Shown: positions 53,213-64,000 of the stretch, in pieces
Layout of the letters: each line of letters begins with the position of its first letter
How positions within the stretch are numbered: the stretch's first letter is position 1
Source: Lophium mytilinum
Taxonomy: Eukaryota
Assembly: GCA_010093605.1 (NCBI GenBank)
Contig: MU004191.1
Coordinates: 1,224,816-1,288,815 of the forward strand
DNA: 64,000 nt
Reading direction: 5' to 3'
The notes under the pieces: generated by a model
The model's input: only the letters and a program-made list of their open reading frames with translations
Databases searched by the model: none
Told to the model about the DNA's origin: nothing
Program-made: the position numbers and the translations under genes

Positions 53213-53698
53213 GTTTTAGGCAAGTTGGAAAATGAGAGACCAGATGAGAAAGCAAGTTGCTGAAATGGTGAGAGGGCACAAGGGGGTGAAGAAGTTGTCC
53301 CACTGAGAGGGAGAAACTAGCCGCATTCGGCAACCTGCTATATCTGGCAAGTTTTTCCTTGCCCGAAGCCACTTCCCCACTCCCCACTCCCAACTCCCAA
53401 CTCCCCCAGACCCCGCGACAAGCTAACATACAACTGCCTTCAAATCGTAATATGCACCCATCACAGCGCGGATTCTAATTTGCCCAAGTCACTAGCTTTC
53501 ACCCAATTGGTAGCGGGGAAACGCCATTTGGAGTAATTCTGTCACGAGGTCATGGAGAGAAACTGTTGCTGAATCAAGCAACTTCCAGGGAATGCTGCCG
53601 AGCAGCAAAGATTGCTTGGCCATGAGGCCTGCTAAGATGCGTATTTGAATGCTTCTTCATCACTAGGATCATGTACCAAGCTCGACATAGGTGTCAAT

Positions 53699-55307
53699 AT
53701 GTTTTCCATCAGTCTTCTCGCAGCTTTTGCAGTCTTGACTCCCGTGGTGTACTTCTGCACTTGCTTCATCGTATACTTTTATGATAGAAAAGGCTTTCGC
53801 CGCTTCCATAATTTAAGTGCCATTTCGGGCGCAACCGACATTCCGTGGCTATGGGAGTCGATTCACGGTCGACGATACAAGACTCTCCATGCTGCCCATC
53901 AAAAATCCTCGATTGTCCGAATCGCTCCCAACATTATCTCTTTCAATGACCCGAGTGCTGCTGCTTCTATCTATGGGCACGGTACAAAAGCCACCAAGTC
54001 GCCCTTTTACGACGCTTCTGGAGCTCACTTCAAGAATGTTGCCGACACACGAGACAAGCAGGACCATGCCCGGAAGCGACGACTCCTTGCGACTGGCTAT
54101 GCTCTCACCACTCTTTTACGATGGGAAGGCAAGGTCGCGAGCCGTGTCAATGCTCTGTTAGACCAGTACGATGCACGCTGTGTCTCGCCGGATGTTTCAA
54201 ATCGCGCGGATGCTGTTCCAGTGGATCATCGACGCTGGATGGACCTCTTTACTATCGATACCATAAACGACATCGGCCTCAGCGCCAACCTAAGGATGAT
54301 AGAGAAGGGTGATGACTCGATCGAGGTCCAAAATTCGCGTGGCCAAACATATCGCTGTAACTTTCGCAAATCACTATGGGGGTGAGCTTCTCCTTTCCTT
54401 TCCTCGCATCGTTTTTTCCTTACCAGTGCGCGGTTGCTAACCGTCGGTTAGAGGCTTGAGAATTCACGCTTCCTTTGCTTGGGCCCCAAAGTGGTACAGT
54501 TCTCTCAAGAGACTCACCTGGTGGGACTCGCGATGGCAGGATAGCGCCGCTTTCGACGACATCGTGACCACTCAGACCAAGCATCGCATACATCGCCATC
54601 TAGCGGGAGAGAAGCTAGATGACTTCTTCTCCTACCTCCTCGAAAACAAAGATGGAGCCCCAAACATGCTAACGCTAGGGGAGATGGTGGCCGAGTGCTC
54701 GGTGATGCTGAACGCTGGGAGTGAAACAACGGGCATCTCCCTAAGCAATCTTCTTTACCTGCTCATTGTCAATCCCAAAGCTCTTGAGCGACTACGGCAG
54801 GAAGTAGATGAGGCACTGAGCGGACTTGAAGATGTAAAGGTCGCACCCTTCGACAGCATACGCTACTTGCCGTATCTGAAAGCCTGCATTGACGAGGGTT
54901 TGCGACTCCATCCTCCGAGCGTCACGACAACCCCTCGAATCACGGCGCCGTCGGGACAGGAGATCATGGGTCAATGGATTCCTGGAAACACCGAGGTGCT
55001 CTGCCCAACATACACTCTCCAAAGAAACCCAACGGTTTTCTCGAATCCCGAGTCATTCCAACCAGAGCGATGGCTCGGCGAGAATGCTAAAGTTTTGCAG
55101 TCGGCTTTTCTTCCATTCAGTCTTGGACCAAGAGGGTGCATTGGGAGGAACATCACGTACATGGAGCAGCAGATGCTGATTGCCTCCCTAGTTCATCGCT
55201 ACACGTTTGATTTGATTTCTCCCGACTTCAAACCAACGTATGAGGAGGCTGTCACATGCTCACCTGGACCTATACCGATCTATCTAGCCAGACGTGCGAG
55301 GCCATGA
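53699..55307 (+). CDS. Cytochrome P450, benzoate 4-monooxygenase-like (CYP53-clan-like; exact family unresolved)
   Basis: N-terminal TM helix, IYGHGT, HARKRR, I-helix NAGSETT, EGLR, PERW, heme motif FSLGPRGCIG. Intron about 54382-54451. Confidence 0.93.
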
Positions 55308-56257
55308 GGATCCATAGCTCATGCCATAGCTGCCACTAGTTTAGACAAATGAACCAATCCTTGATATAGCCACATTTAGCGCTCTTCTGCGCATTCCCAG
55401 ACATCTGATGTTGCGTGGTCACTGCATTTGACTTATGAAACTCGGTAGACCGATGGCCAGGCATTTTTAGGAGTAATTCGAGTCTGCCTCGAACTTCCAC
55501 AGGGGACTACCCCTTTACCGGGAAGCCTTCTCGTCCAAAGTATTCCCCTTGATTCTCTACCGTCCAAAGCTACCCTTCTCTCACAGCTTAGTTCGTCCCC
55601 CAAACCCAGCATCCGCCTTCCTAGACTCCAACACATACCCGAACGCTACCGGGCTGACACCCTGCCCAGCGTTCTGCGGCAGAGGGAACGGCGGTTTACG
55701 TAACTGCTCGGTGAAGAAGACTGGATGCCTGACCGCGCTGTCATACGCGCTCGGCGAAAAGGCCGGGTTTCGGGTCTGAAGAGTTTGAAGGGTCTGGAGA
55801 GTTGGGGCGAAAGGCGACATTGCTTCTATTTGGTTCCGGGGCTTCTTCTGCGGTATGGTGGAGCTTGGTGCGTTGGATATAGGAGGCGGGGGAGCAGAGG
55901 GGTGTTGTAGGGAGCGGGTTTGTTGGTGGAGGTAGCTAGGGCGGTGATCTTGCTGTGGGAGCTGGACTCGGGTTAGAACATTGCTGATGCTGGGAGGACA
56001 TATTGACTACTTGCCTTTGGGCGCGACGGCTGCAATGCGGGGAGCATTGCGAGTTGGGTGTTGAAGATGCGTAGTGCAAGCTTCTCGAAAGTGGTGAAGG
56101 AAGATGCAGAGACCCACATGCCGAGGTCTCGGGACCTGTCAAACGTCATGGCATTTTGTGGGGAAATTTTAATACGGACGACCATTGGTAGCTATAGCGC
56201 AGGTTCGCTACGGGATGCCAGAAGACATATATAAACTTCCAAGCTCACCAATTCTCC

Positions 56258-58460
56258 ATGACTCAAACACCACATCCACCGTCCACGATGAGAAGAACTA
56301 CGCCCCTCTCGCTCTCCGCATCCAAAAACTACCGTTTGAACTCTCCCCCTATAGTGAAAATCACCAATGGCACATTCTACACCCGCCACCCTTCCTCCCG
56401 CCCATCCCTAGGCCAAGAACCCTCCAATCTCAATACCAATTCTTCCCCGAATCCCCCTCTATTCCCAAATCTCACCCTCTCTCTACCTTCTTTCTCCACC
56501 CCAAACGAGCACTGGGCCATCCTAAGTCCCTCCTCCACAATCCGCACCGCCTTCCTCCACATCCTCCGCGGCCAGCTCCTCTGCTTCCCCCCCACCGCGC
56601 GCTCCTACCCCTACCTCAGCACCCCCAACGCCTCCTTCAAGACCCGCACGCCCGACCGCGCCCTCGCCTACGTCGGCTTTGACGTCGAGCGGCGCGCATT
56701 CGGCGGCGCGTACCTCAGCGCACGGTACGAGTCGCACCGCGAAGCGGGGGACGTCTCGCTAGCGCGGTACCTGTCCGGGGTGACGGGGCTGAACGAGGGG
56801 GAGGAGTTTGTGCGCGACCGGCTGCCGCCGGAGGAGGTGCTGGCGCGGGTGGTGAGGGATCTGGAGCTGGAGCGGTTTGTGCAGAAGCCGGTGAGCACGC
56901 TGAGCAATGGGCAGAGTCGGAGGGCCAGGATTGGGAAGGCGTTGTTGAGTGCGCCGGAGATGCTGTTGTTGGATGCGCCGTTTAGTATGTTTGGTTCTTT
57001 ATTTCAAGTTAAAAACACATTCTCGAGAAATCCGGTGTGCCAGATCATGAGCTGCTTCTGCGTGTGTGTGGATGTGGATGTGTGTTGATGTAGCGCAGTC
57101 GGCCTTGACCCCTTCGTCTCGAAACATATATCTGAGGTCCTGCATCGGCTCGCCGAAGCAAACGCGCCGCGCGTAGTCCTTTCACTGCGTCCGCAAGATG
57201 TCGTTCCGGATTGGATTACGCATATCGTCTATGCCGGCGAGGATGGCAAAGTCGATACGTTGGGTCCGAAGGCTGAAGTTTTCCACTACTTGAAGAACGA
57301 ATATGAGACTGCTGAGCAGAAAGGAGCTGAGGGCATTGGACTCGATCCCAAACTGGTCGAGCTAAGAGAAGTCGGTCGTCACCTCTCCGAGAGGGGCGAC
57401 TTCGAAGTAGGAAAAGACGCTGGTGCAACTGGGTTGAGTAGAGATGGGTATGAGAGCAATGACGAAGCCCGTGTGCCGCTTGGTGATCCACTTGTTGAGA
57501 TGCAAGGAGTGAGAATCAAGTACGGGAGTAATTCTGTACTTGGAGATTGGCAGCAAGAAGTGGACGGCACGAAGAAAGATGGGTTGTGGTGGGAGGTTCG
57601 GCGAGGTCAACGATGGGGCATCTTTGGAGCGAATGGTGAGAAGATCAACAGGCATTCATTGACTAGCCACTTGCTTACGTCGTGCAGGATCTGGGAAGAC
57701 CACCCTCCTCTCTCTCATCACCTCTGACCATCCACAGACATACTCAGCTCCGGTACGAATCTTCCAGCGCTCGCGACTACCGTCCCCTGGTGTCCCTGGT
57801 ATCTCCATCTTCGACATTCAATCTCGCATGGGCCACTCATCTCCTGAAGTCCATGCACTCTTCCCCAAACATCTCACCCTTCGACGAATCCTTGAATCCG
57901 CATGGGCAGACACTCCCCTCACGAAACCTGCTCTTGACGACGAAGCATACAGCCGCATAGACGCATGCCTCCGTTGGTTCGAAGGTGATCTGAATCCCCA
58001 ACCCGCTGAGACAACATCGTCAAACCTCGAGTGGTCATCCAGCACCCTCTTCGGTGAGGTCTCGTACAGCGCCCAACGTGTTTTGCTCTTCCTCCGCGCT
58101 GTGATCCGCCATCCAGACATCCTGATTCTTGACGAAGCTTTCAGCGGCATGGATGACCTCGTGCGAGACAAATGCTTGCTCTTCCTCACGCGGGGCGAAG
58201 GTATGACGCTGACCTACACCGACAAAGGGAGTGTTCCAGTGCCCAGCGCCCAGGCAAAGAGCAATGAAGTCGTGGTGGAAGGGTTGCAGGACCATCAGGC
58301 AATGCTGTGCGTGAGCCACAGTCGGCAGGAAGTACCGGGCTGTGTGAGAGAGTGGGTGTGTTTACCGGAGCCAGGGACTGGGCAGCCGAGGTTTGGGAGG
58401 TTTTCCGGTCCAGTAGAGTCGAGCTATCGGCGGTGGGAAGAGATTTGGAAAAGGAGCTAA
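56258..58460 (+). CDS. Soluble dual-NBD ABC ATPase (ModF/YDR061W-like)
   Basis: NBD1 LSNGQSRRARI..LLLDAPF; NBD2 Walker A split by an intron (GANG/SGKTT) and ILILDEAFSGMD. No TM domain. Introns about 56986-57098 and 57637-57687. Confidence 0.85.
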
Positions 58461-58730
58461 AGATTTCGGCGGCCTACTAGATAGAGACATGAACTGGTTA
58501 GTTTCTGTGCTTGAGAGGTGCTTGTCGCAGGATCAGATATCTTACCCCGCTTGGTCGATAGACTCCTTCACTGATAGCCATATTAAGACGAATTTCCCAA
58601 GGCATGAGGACATTCAGCTGCCTGAGCGAGAGCAATGACCAGGAGATGATGAATTGTCGCAATGAGACCACGGTTCCAGGCTACAGGCTGGGTGTTCATG
58701 TCCATGCGAGAAGGCATCCACCACGGTAGC

Positions 58731-58835
58731 CCATGATTACCATCGCAAATGACCGAACCGACACGCCGTGATTACCATCGCAAATGACTAGCGACAGCGC
58801 CCATGATTACCATCGCAGATGACCAACATGACATC
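58731..58835 (+). repeat. 35-bp-period minisatellite x3 (23-bp conserved core plus 12-bp variable part)
   Basis: CCRTGATTACCATCGCARATGAC at 58731, 58766 and 58801. Confidence 0.9.
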
Positions 58836-58869
58836 ACGAGCCACCCGTAGGGACAGGGTAGTTCCGATG

Positions 58870-59060
58870 GCTGATGCGAAGAACGCGGGATTAGTAGCCG
58901 ACATCCAGATGCGAGTCTTGTAGACTTTGAACAATCCTGTGACCAGTCCGTTGAAGTTGATGTACGCGTCGGCGTAATAGTAGAAGGTCAGCTTCTTGTA
59001 GTCACTACGAAAAGGTTAGAAAATGACACGCGGGAGTATATCAGGTAGACCTACAGCTGA
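58870..59060 (-). pseudogene. PSP1 C-terminal-domain gene fragment, including one intron
   Basis: CAG CT / 50-nt intron 59005-59054 (GTAGGT..CTAAC..TAG) / T GAC TAC gives QLDYKKLTFYYYADAYINFNGLVTGLFKVYKTRIWMSATNPAFF, matching the fungal PSP1 motif D.KKLTFYY...FKIYKTRIWM. Confidence 0.8.
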
Positions 59061-59355
59061 CTTGGACATGGATGAGCAAGCTCTGCGGCTTCAAGTCGCG
59101 ATGGAGAACTCGATTCCCATGGCAAAAGGCGATGCCCTGCAGCAGCTGGAACATGAAGGACTTGATGGTCGGCGGGTCGAGTTGGCCACGGTCGCCTCGG
59201 GAGTCCATATACTTCTTGAGGTCCTTGTCCATGTACTCGAAGACGAGCATCAGCTTGTTCTCGGTGTGGATGACATCGTACAGGGAGACGATGTTGACGT
59301 GCTTGAGCTCCTTCATCAACGAGATCTGGCGGATTGCGGTGGACGGGGTGCCTTC
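59061..59355 (-). pseudogene. Internal fragment of a PHO85-like cyclin-dependent kinase
   Basis: [19 protein letters not shown]...[15 protein letters not shown]...[13 protein letters not shown]. Lacks the Gly loop, VAxK lysine, DFG and everything downstream. Confidence 0.9.
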
Positions 59356-60440
59356 TCGCGAAGGACCTGCACCTCGTGGTTCGCAGCGACACGAAGGGCT
59401 TGGAGCTGTTTCAATCGTCAGCATCATCATCAAGCAACGTAGACAGTCACTCTGATCTGCGGTGCCGCTGGCTGACGCTGACGACATGCAGCGAGAATCA
59501 GGAGCTCAGGCTGTCGGAGGTGAGCAGCATCATCGAGAACGAACGTACCTCCCGCGGCCCCAAGCCCTCCACAAAAGAAACAAACATGACGCGCTTGCCT
59601 GGCAGGTGTTGACCACCTCAGGCTGAGAGGCCCGCGAAGGAGCACATCTCGTTGTTGAGGAAGAGGAAGAGCTCTGGGGCAAGACGAGCGAAGATTTTGT
59701 ACCCCAACGGGGCTTGGCACCCGCTCCTGTTTCTGTCGTCACCGCCTTCTGCCCCAGCCACGCCCTGCGATTCGCCGCACCGATGTCGGGGCTCTGCTGC
59801 TGCTCAAGGTGCGTCAGGTATGTAACGTGATGCCAGCTAGGTGATCCAAGGGGGAGGGCAAAGCGGTGTCATTTGGGGCATGTCTGCGGTGCGATAGTAC
59901 GCATCGTAGGAGGCTAGAGTCCGGGGGAGGATCCTACTGTTAGCGTGCTCATCAAAAAGATGATGGGAGTGGTGTGATTCCGGCCTGCCTTCCTCTGCAC
60001 GTCGCTACGAGCTCCTCGTTCTGTAGCCGCGCAGAGACACAGTGAATGTGAGGCAATAGAGAACGCGTTAGCTATTACATCGTTACATGTTGCATTCGGT
60101 ATACTATAGGGGCGGAAAGCTTTGGTATCATGTTGATCACACTCTCGTTGATTTCTGTTCAATCTGAAGGTGCTCTGCTTTAGGTTAGCTGGGATTGCCC
60201 AAAACTTTATCATGGGCCCTGGAGTGGACATTGTACTCACACATACGCCCAAAACTAATGAGCTTAACCGTCAGTATTGAGCTCATTCTTTTGCGATGGA
60301 GCTTCGTAACCTAAATTGCGACTTTGAATACTCATTCTTGAGAACGGCAACGTGGGCCCAGGGGTGGATATCATGCGCCCACATATGCCCAAATTTAACG
60401 AGATGAACCTTCAATTCCAAGCTCTTTCGTGTGGGTGGAA

Positions 60441-60972
60441 TTGAACTTCCTGGTCTGGCCCTTCGAGTCGTTGACATCGTGAACGCGTCGGTCTTGACTA
60501 GCCCAGGGGGGTATTCCATACTTAACCCTATGCTCAAAATAAGCAAACATGTTCTTCAATTCCTAGCTCTTTTCATTTGATTTTATGTCTCAGGGATTGT
60601 AGTATAGAAGAGTTCGGAATTCAATAATATGCATATTCCTTTTGACCATACGAATAAGCGTTGAATACGCCCCTGAGCTAATCGAAAGCGACGCGTGCGC
60701 GATGTCAAAAGCTCAAGGGGCCAACTCAGAACGTCCAATGAAATGGAAAAGCGTAGCTTTCAGATAGCCTAGGGGTATATTGATTCCTTTAGTGTTTTAG
60801 GGGCCTAATCTAGCCCCTGGAGCTTTTGACATCGTGAAGGTGTTGCTGTTGAATAGGCCAGGGGGGTAATCACTCCTCCAGTGCTATGTGAAGCTGGACG
60901 TTCTAATCTAGCCTTTGGAGCTTTTGACATCGTGTAGGCGTCGATTTTGCATAGCCAAGGGGCGTATTCAAC
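60441..60972. repeat. Four diverged copies of a ~75-bp module, in inverted and direct orientation
   Basis: Plus copy 60660-60737 (GTTGAATACGCCC...CGATGTCAAAAGCTC...AGAACGTCCA). Minus copies at 60896-60972, about 60807-60872 and about 60441-60518. Confidence 0.8.
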
Positions 60973-61946
60973 ACGCCAGTGCTGTGTCAAAATAGTCACG
61001 TGAAGGGCTCCGATTCAAATACTTCAGTCCTTTACATCTTCCTTCAGATATTAGCACTGGTCATGGGGTGGTAGCCTTACTTACCTGTGTGCGCAACACA
61101 AGCAGACATAACCTCCAATTCCTAGCTCTTTCAGATAGTAACGTGGCCGTGCAGTCCAGCTCATATATAGTCTTGCCAAGCACTCAGTATTAAGCATCAC
61201 ATCGCATCTCAAGAAATTGTAGAGAATCAGGATGCCATTCTCAGTGTCAGCTACCTAGGTGCTGGTATCTCGCTCCATCGCCCTCGCTTTTGGCCCCTGT
61301 GATCATTAGCTGAAGGTCTTCAGACGGTCACAATATAAGATAACATACTTACGAGAATAGTCACACAGCAGTAGGTTATGGTCGAGGTAGAGTTCCTCAG
61401 CGGCTGATGTGGAGGTTTGAACGGCTGGTATTGTCAAAATCAGACCGCGGAGTCGACGTGTTGTGTTGTGTCACTGCTGGCGCGCAGGGACCTCCAGCGA
61501 GTGATCAAGGTGTGCAGGACGTTGAGCAGGTTGGGTTGATGTGTAGAGAGATGGAGGAAGCGGAGTGTGTGGTGGTTTGATGAGACTTGCTGCACGAACG
61601 AGAGGTGGAAGAAGGACCGTGGAGTAGAAGGGATTGTGCGAAGGAGAAGCGGCCTGGAGATCACGGGGCGGCGGTGTTGTGATAAGTTGCGACAACAAAA
61701 CACCATCACAGGGAGAGGAGCACGCACATACGGAGCATGGAGAGGGTCTCTGAAAGGTCTACAGGTGTACAGTAAGTAGTTTATGCACTATCACTGCCTT
61801 GATACCCACCGCAGAGTCGCAGACGTGCTGGTCACCACGCGCATGAAGAAGTCCACCGCTCCAGCATCTCCGCACCGCCAGCCCACCAAAGAAGCTTACA
61901 AGAAAAAGGGCTAACTCAAGAGAATGGGGGACTTGCTGAAGTACAG

Positions 61947-64000
61947 TTACAGTCTAGCACGATCGATGTTCAAGGCCTTCCGCTTCCTCTTCCCCTTGGC
62001 CTTCGCGACGCGGGCTTCATCTTTGTCGACGAGGCCCTCCCGGGACGCCGCATCCTCCCACAACTCCCTCCCGACCTTATCAGCGAGCGCCAATACACGA
62101 TTCTGCACTGTGGCACCATCGCGACGATTTTTCCTAGAGATGACGCAACGAGTCAGCGAGCCCCTGGGAGAAGCAAGAAGTATGGATGTAGGAGGCCGAA
62201 GCAAGCACAACGCAGCAAACGCCACGAACAACCACAGAAAAAGGGCGTTGCGGACGGGCAAGACCAGGGGGAAAGCGGATCAGACAACAAGAGGAAGGAA
62301 GGCGAAGACATGACAAGATGCCCCGTAGCAAAGACTCCCGGGCAGCGGCCTTGCGCGGAAGCCTGTGCCTTTACAGGACAGGGGCATGACTGCTATCCAT
62401 TGGCACAGTATGGAAGCGAAATAAAGAACGGTTGAAGAAATGATGTAATAGAAAGGACAGACAAGACAGGACGCGCAGCCGCTCGACAAGAATTAGGAGT
62501 AGCGGCGGCGCGCGGAATATAGGGGGCACCAAGCCTAATAAAGCAAGATTTGCGACGGCGAAACAAGAAAGGCTTATACAAGAGAGCTAGGGATGATGCT
62601 TGAATAGACAACAAGGTATACAAATGGGAGCGTTTGAGGATGGCCGCAAGGGCATACTCTCCCTGGGGGCAATACAAGGATAGGGATTTGTAGAGCCTAA
62701 AGAAAAGGCACGAATGGGAGGAAAAGGAAAAGGAAGAGGAAGACGGTAAGAGGAAGAGATAATGCCAAAGGAGAGAGTAGGCATTGAGAAGAGGTATGAG
62801 AAGAGTTGCAACGATCCGAGTATAACTTAGGCAATACCAAACAGCAATGAAAAAGCCCAAAGCAAGGAAGAAGGAAGGCACACGGCGGGAAAGGGGCATA
62901 AGACAGGCAAAGAGCCCTGCTGAAACACAGGAGGAGCATTGGCTATAACAAGGGGCAGAACACAGCGATTTGAAGGGTAATGAAACGAGACAAACATACC
63001 CTTCTCTCCGCGACAGCGAAACCAGCTCTGAAAAGGTCCAGAGCTTCCCCTTCGCCATGATTTTGCCCGTCTTTGTGCAACGGGAGGGTGTCCAGTCTTC
63101 TGCGAGTCGTACGGTGGATGGAACTTTCGCGTCTTTACTCTTTGCAACCACGATCATACCTTCTTCTTCGAAGCGCTGGTAAGCGTTCTTCAGAATTTCC
63201 TTGTTCACGGCTTCAAAATACGATAAGTCTCCTTGGTGATACAGAGTTTTTCCTAGCTTTACGTGTCGTCAGTAGTGTCTTCAGTCTTCAGTCAACTTAT
63301 CTCTTCAATTTCCATTCCCATTTTCCTCTTATTCATATGATATCGTACCAACATACCAATTGCGCGCGATCCTGAACCTTTTTCATGTCCAGCCACGTTT
63401 CGCCTGTTTGTGTTAATGGGGGCGTAAGCATTTGGAGAGACATTGCGCCAAGCCAGCTCGCTTCAACGAATGGCCATATCAAAAAGCAGTAGAAGTCGAA
63501 ATTCTCCCGGCCGCATTCTCTTTCAGCATCGCTCAGCTCGATGAAATCTATCTTGTTTGGGTCCTCGGAGTTCCTGGTTATCTGGACGACACTGTCCCGC
63601 TCCAGACCATCCAAGGCCTTTGTCAAGTTGACGTCGAGTCCTTCAGTCGGGAAAATGAACTCGCCTCGAAACAGCTTAATCCACGTCAGCAATCTGTGCT
63701 GTACACCTGGCATTTGAGTCAGAACCAACCTGAGATAAGAAATACACCTGATCATGGAGGTCCTCGAATGTGATCCTTTGGTTTTCGGGTCCGCCACCTT
63801 GCTTGATCTTTGTATACATCGCTGCTGAGACAAGAGCCTGCAAGATAAAAAGGTGGATGGTCATGTTCCGGTAAAATGAAAGTTGAAATCTGGACTAATG
63901 TTAACTGCTGTTGCGGATCAAACTTTCGGAAGATTTGTCTTACCTATCAACGGCGTAAAATGTCTCTTCAGGGAGGCCCTGAACAATACCAACTAGGCCA
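61947..64000 (-). CDS. Glycerol-3-phosphate/dihydroxyacetone-phosphate acyltransferase, 3' part; gene begins beyond the window
   Basis: FLSQ/LFRGEFIFPTEGL, GRENFDFYCFLIWPF, LGKTLYHQGDLSYFEAVNKE, SRREG/KNRRDGATV. Ends ...ARL*, a PTS1-like tripeptide. The catalytic domain is not in the window. Confidence 0.8.

Noticed and set aside
55433..56185. Small minus-strand gene with a possible GC-AG intron near 55963-56014
   Set aside because: Splice signals are plausible but the spliced frames give only short unrecognisable peptides.
58731..58835. CRISPR array
   Set aside because: Eukaryotic context, three units only, 12-nt partly related linkers, no cas genes.
59041..59487. Functional PHO85 gene
   Set aside because: No ATP-binding loop, catalytic lysine or DFG within the window; catalytic residues substituted; flanks belong to another gene.

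Overview
Eukaryotic DNA from a filamentous ascomycete: short GT-AG introns with CTRAC branch points, Zn2Cys6 and bZIP regulators, a PTH11-like receptor. Class and genus cannot be fixed from the sequence alone. About 26 mostly intron-containing genes are supported: Ies4-like (partial), RPA43, spartin/senescence-domain protein, two Fe(II)/2OG-type oxygenases, a bZIP factor, GH1 beta-glucosidase, Trk K+ transporter, class II aldolase, CCDC25/Jlp2-like, DUF1763-like, DUF2293, TYW2, L-arabinitol 4-dehydrogenase, a TM9/EMP70 protein, a PTH11-like protein, a ModF-like ABC ATPase and the 3' part of a glycerol-3-phosphate/DHAP acyltransferase. Most notable: (1) a compact module at 46.4-55.3 kb of MFS transporter, its own P450 reductase, Zn2Cys6 factor and P450, where the reductase and factor coding ends overlap by 44 nt; (2) a class II aldolase lacking one canonical Zn-ligand His, with an in-frame N-terminal integrase-like H2C2 region; (3) a mosaic pseudogene at 58.9-59.4 kb where a PHO85-like kinase fragment replaces part of a PSP1-domain gene, with short microhomologies at both junctions, beside a 35-bp minisatellite and a cluster of ~75-bp inverted/direct repeats; (4) an 866-nt pyrimidine-rich intron in the acyltransferase. 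All family calls come from motif recognition by eye, not database searches. Exon boundaries were read manually.
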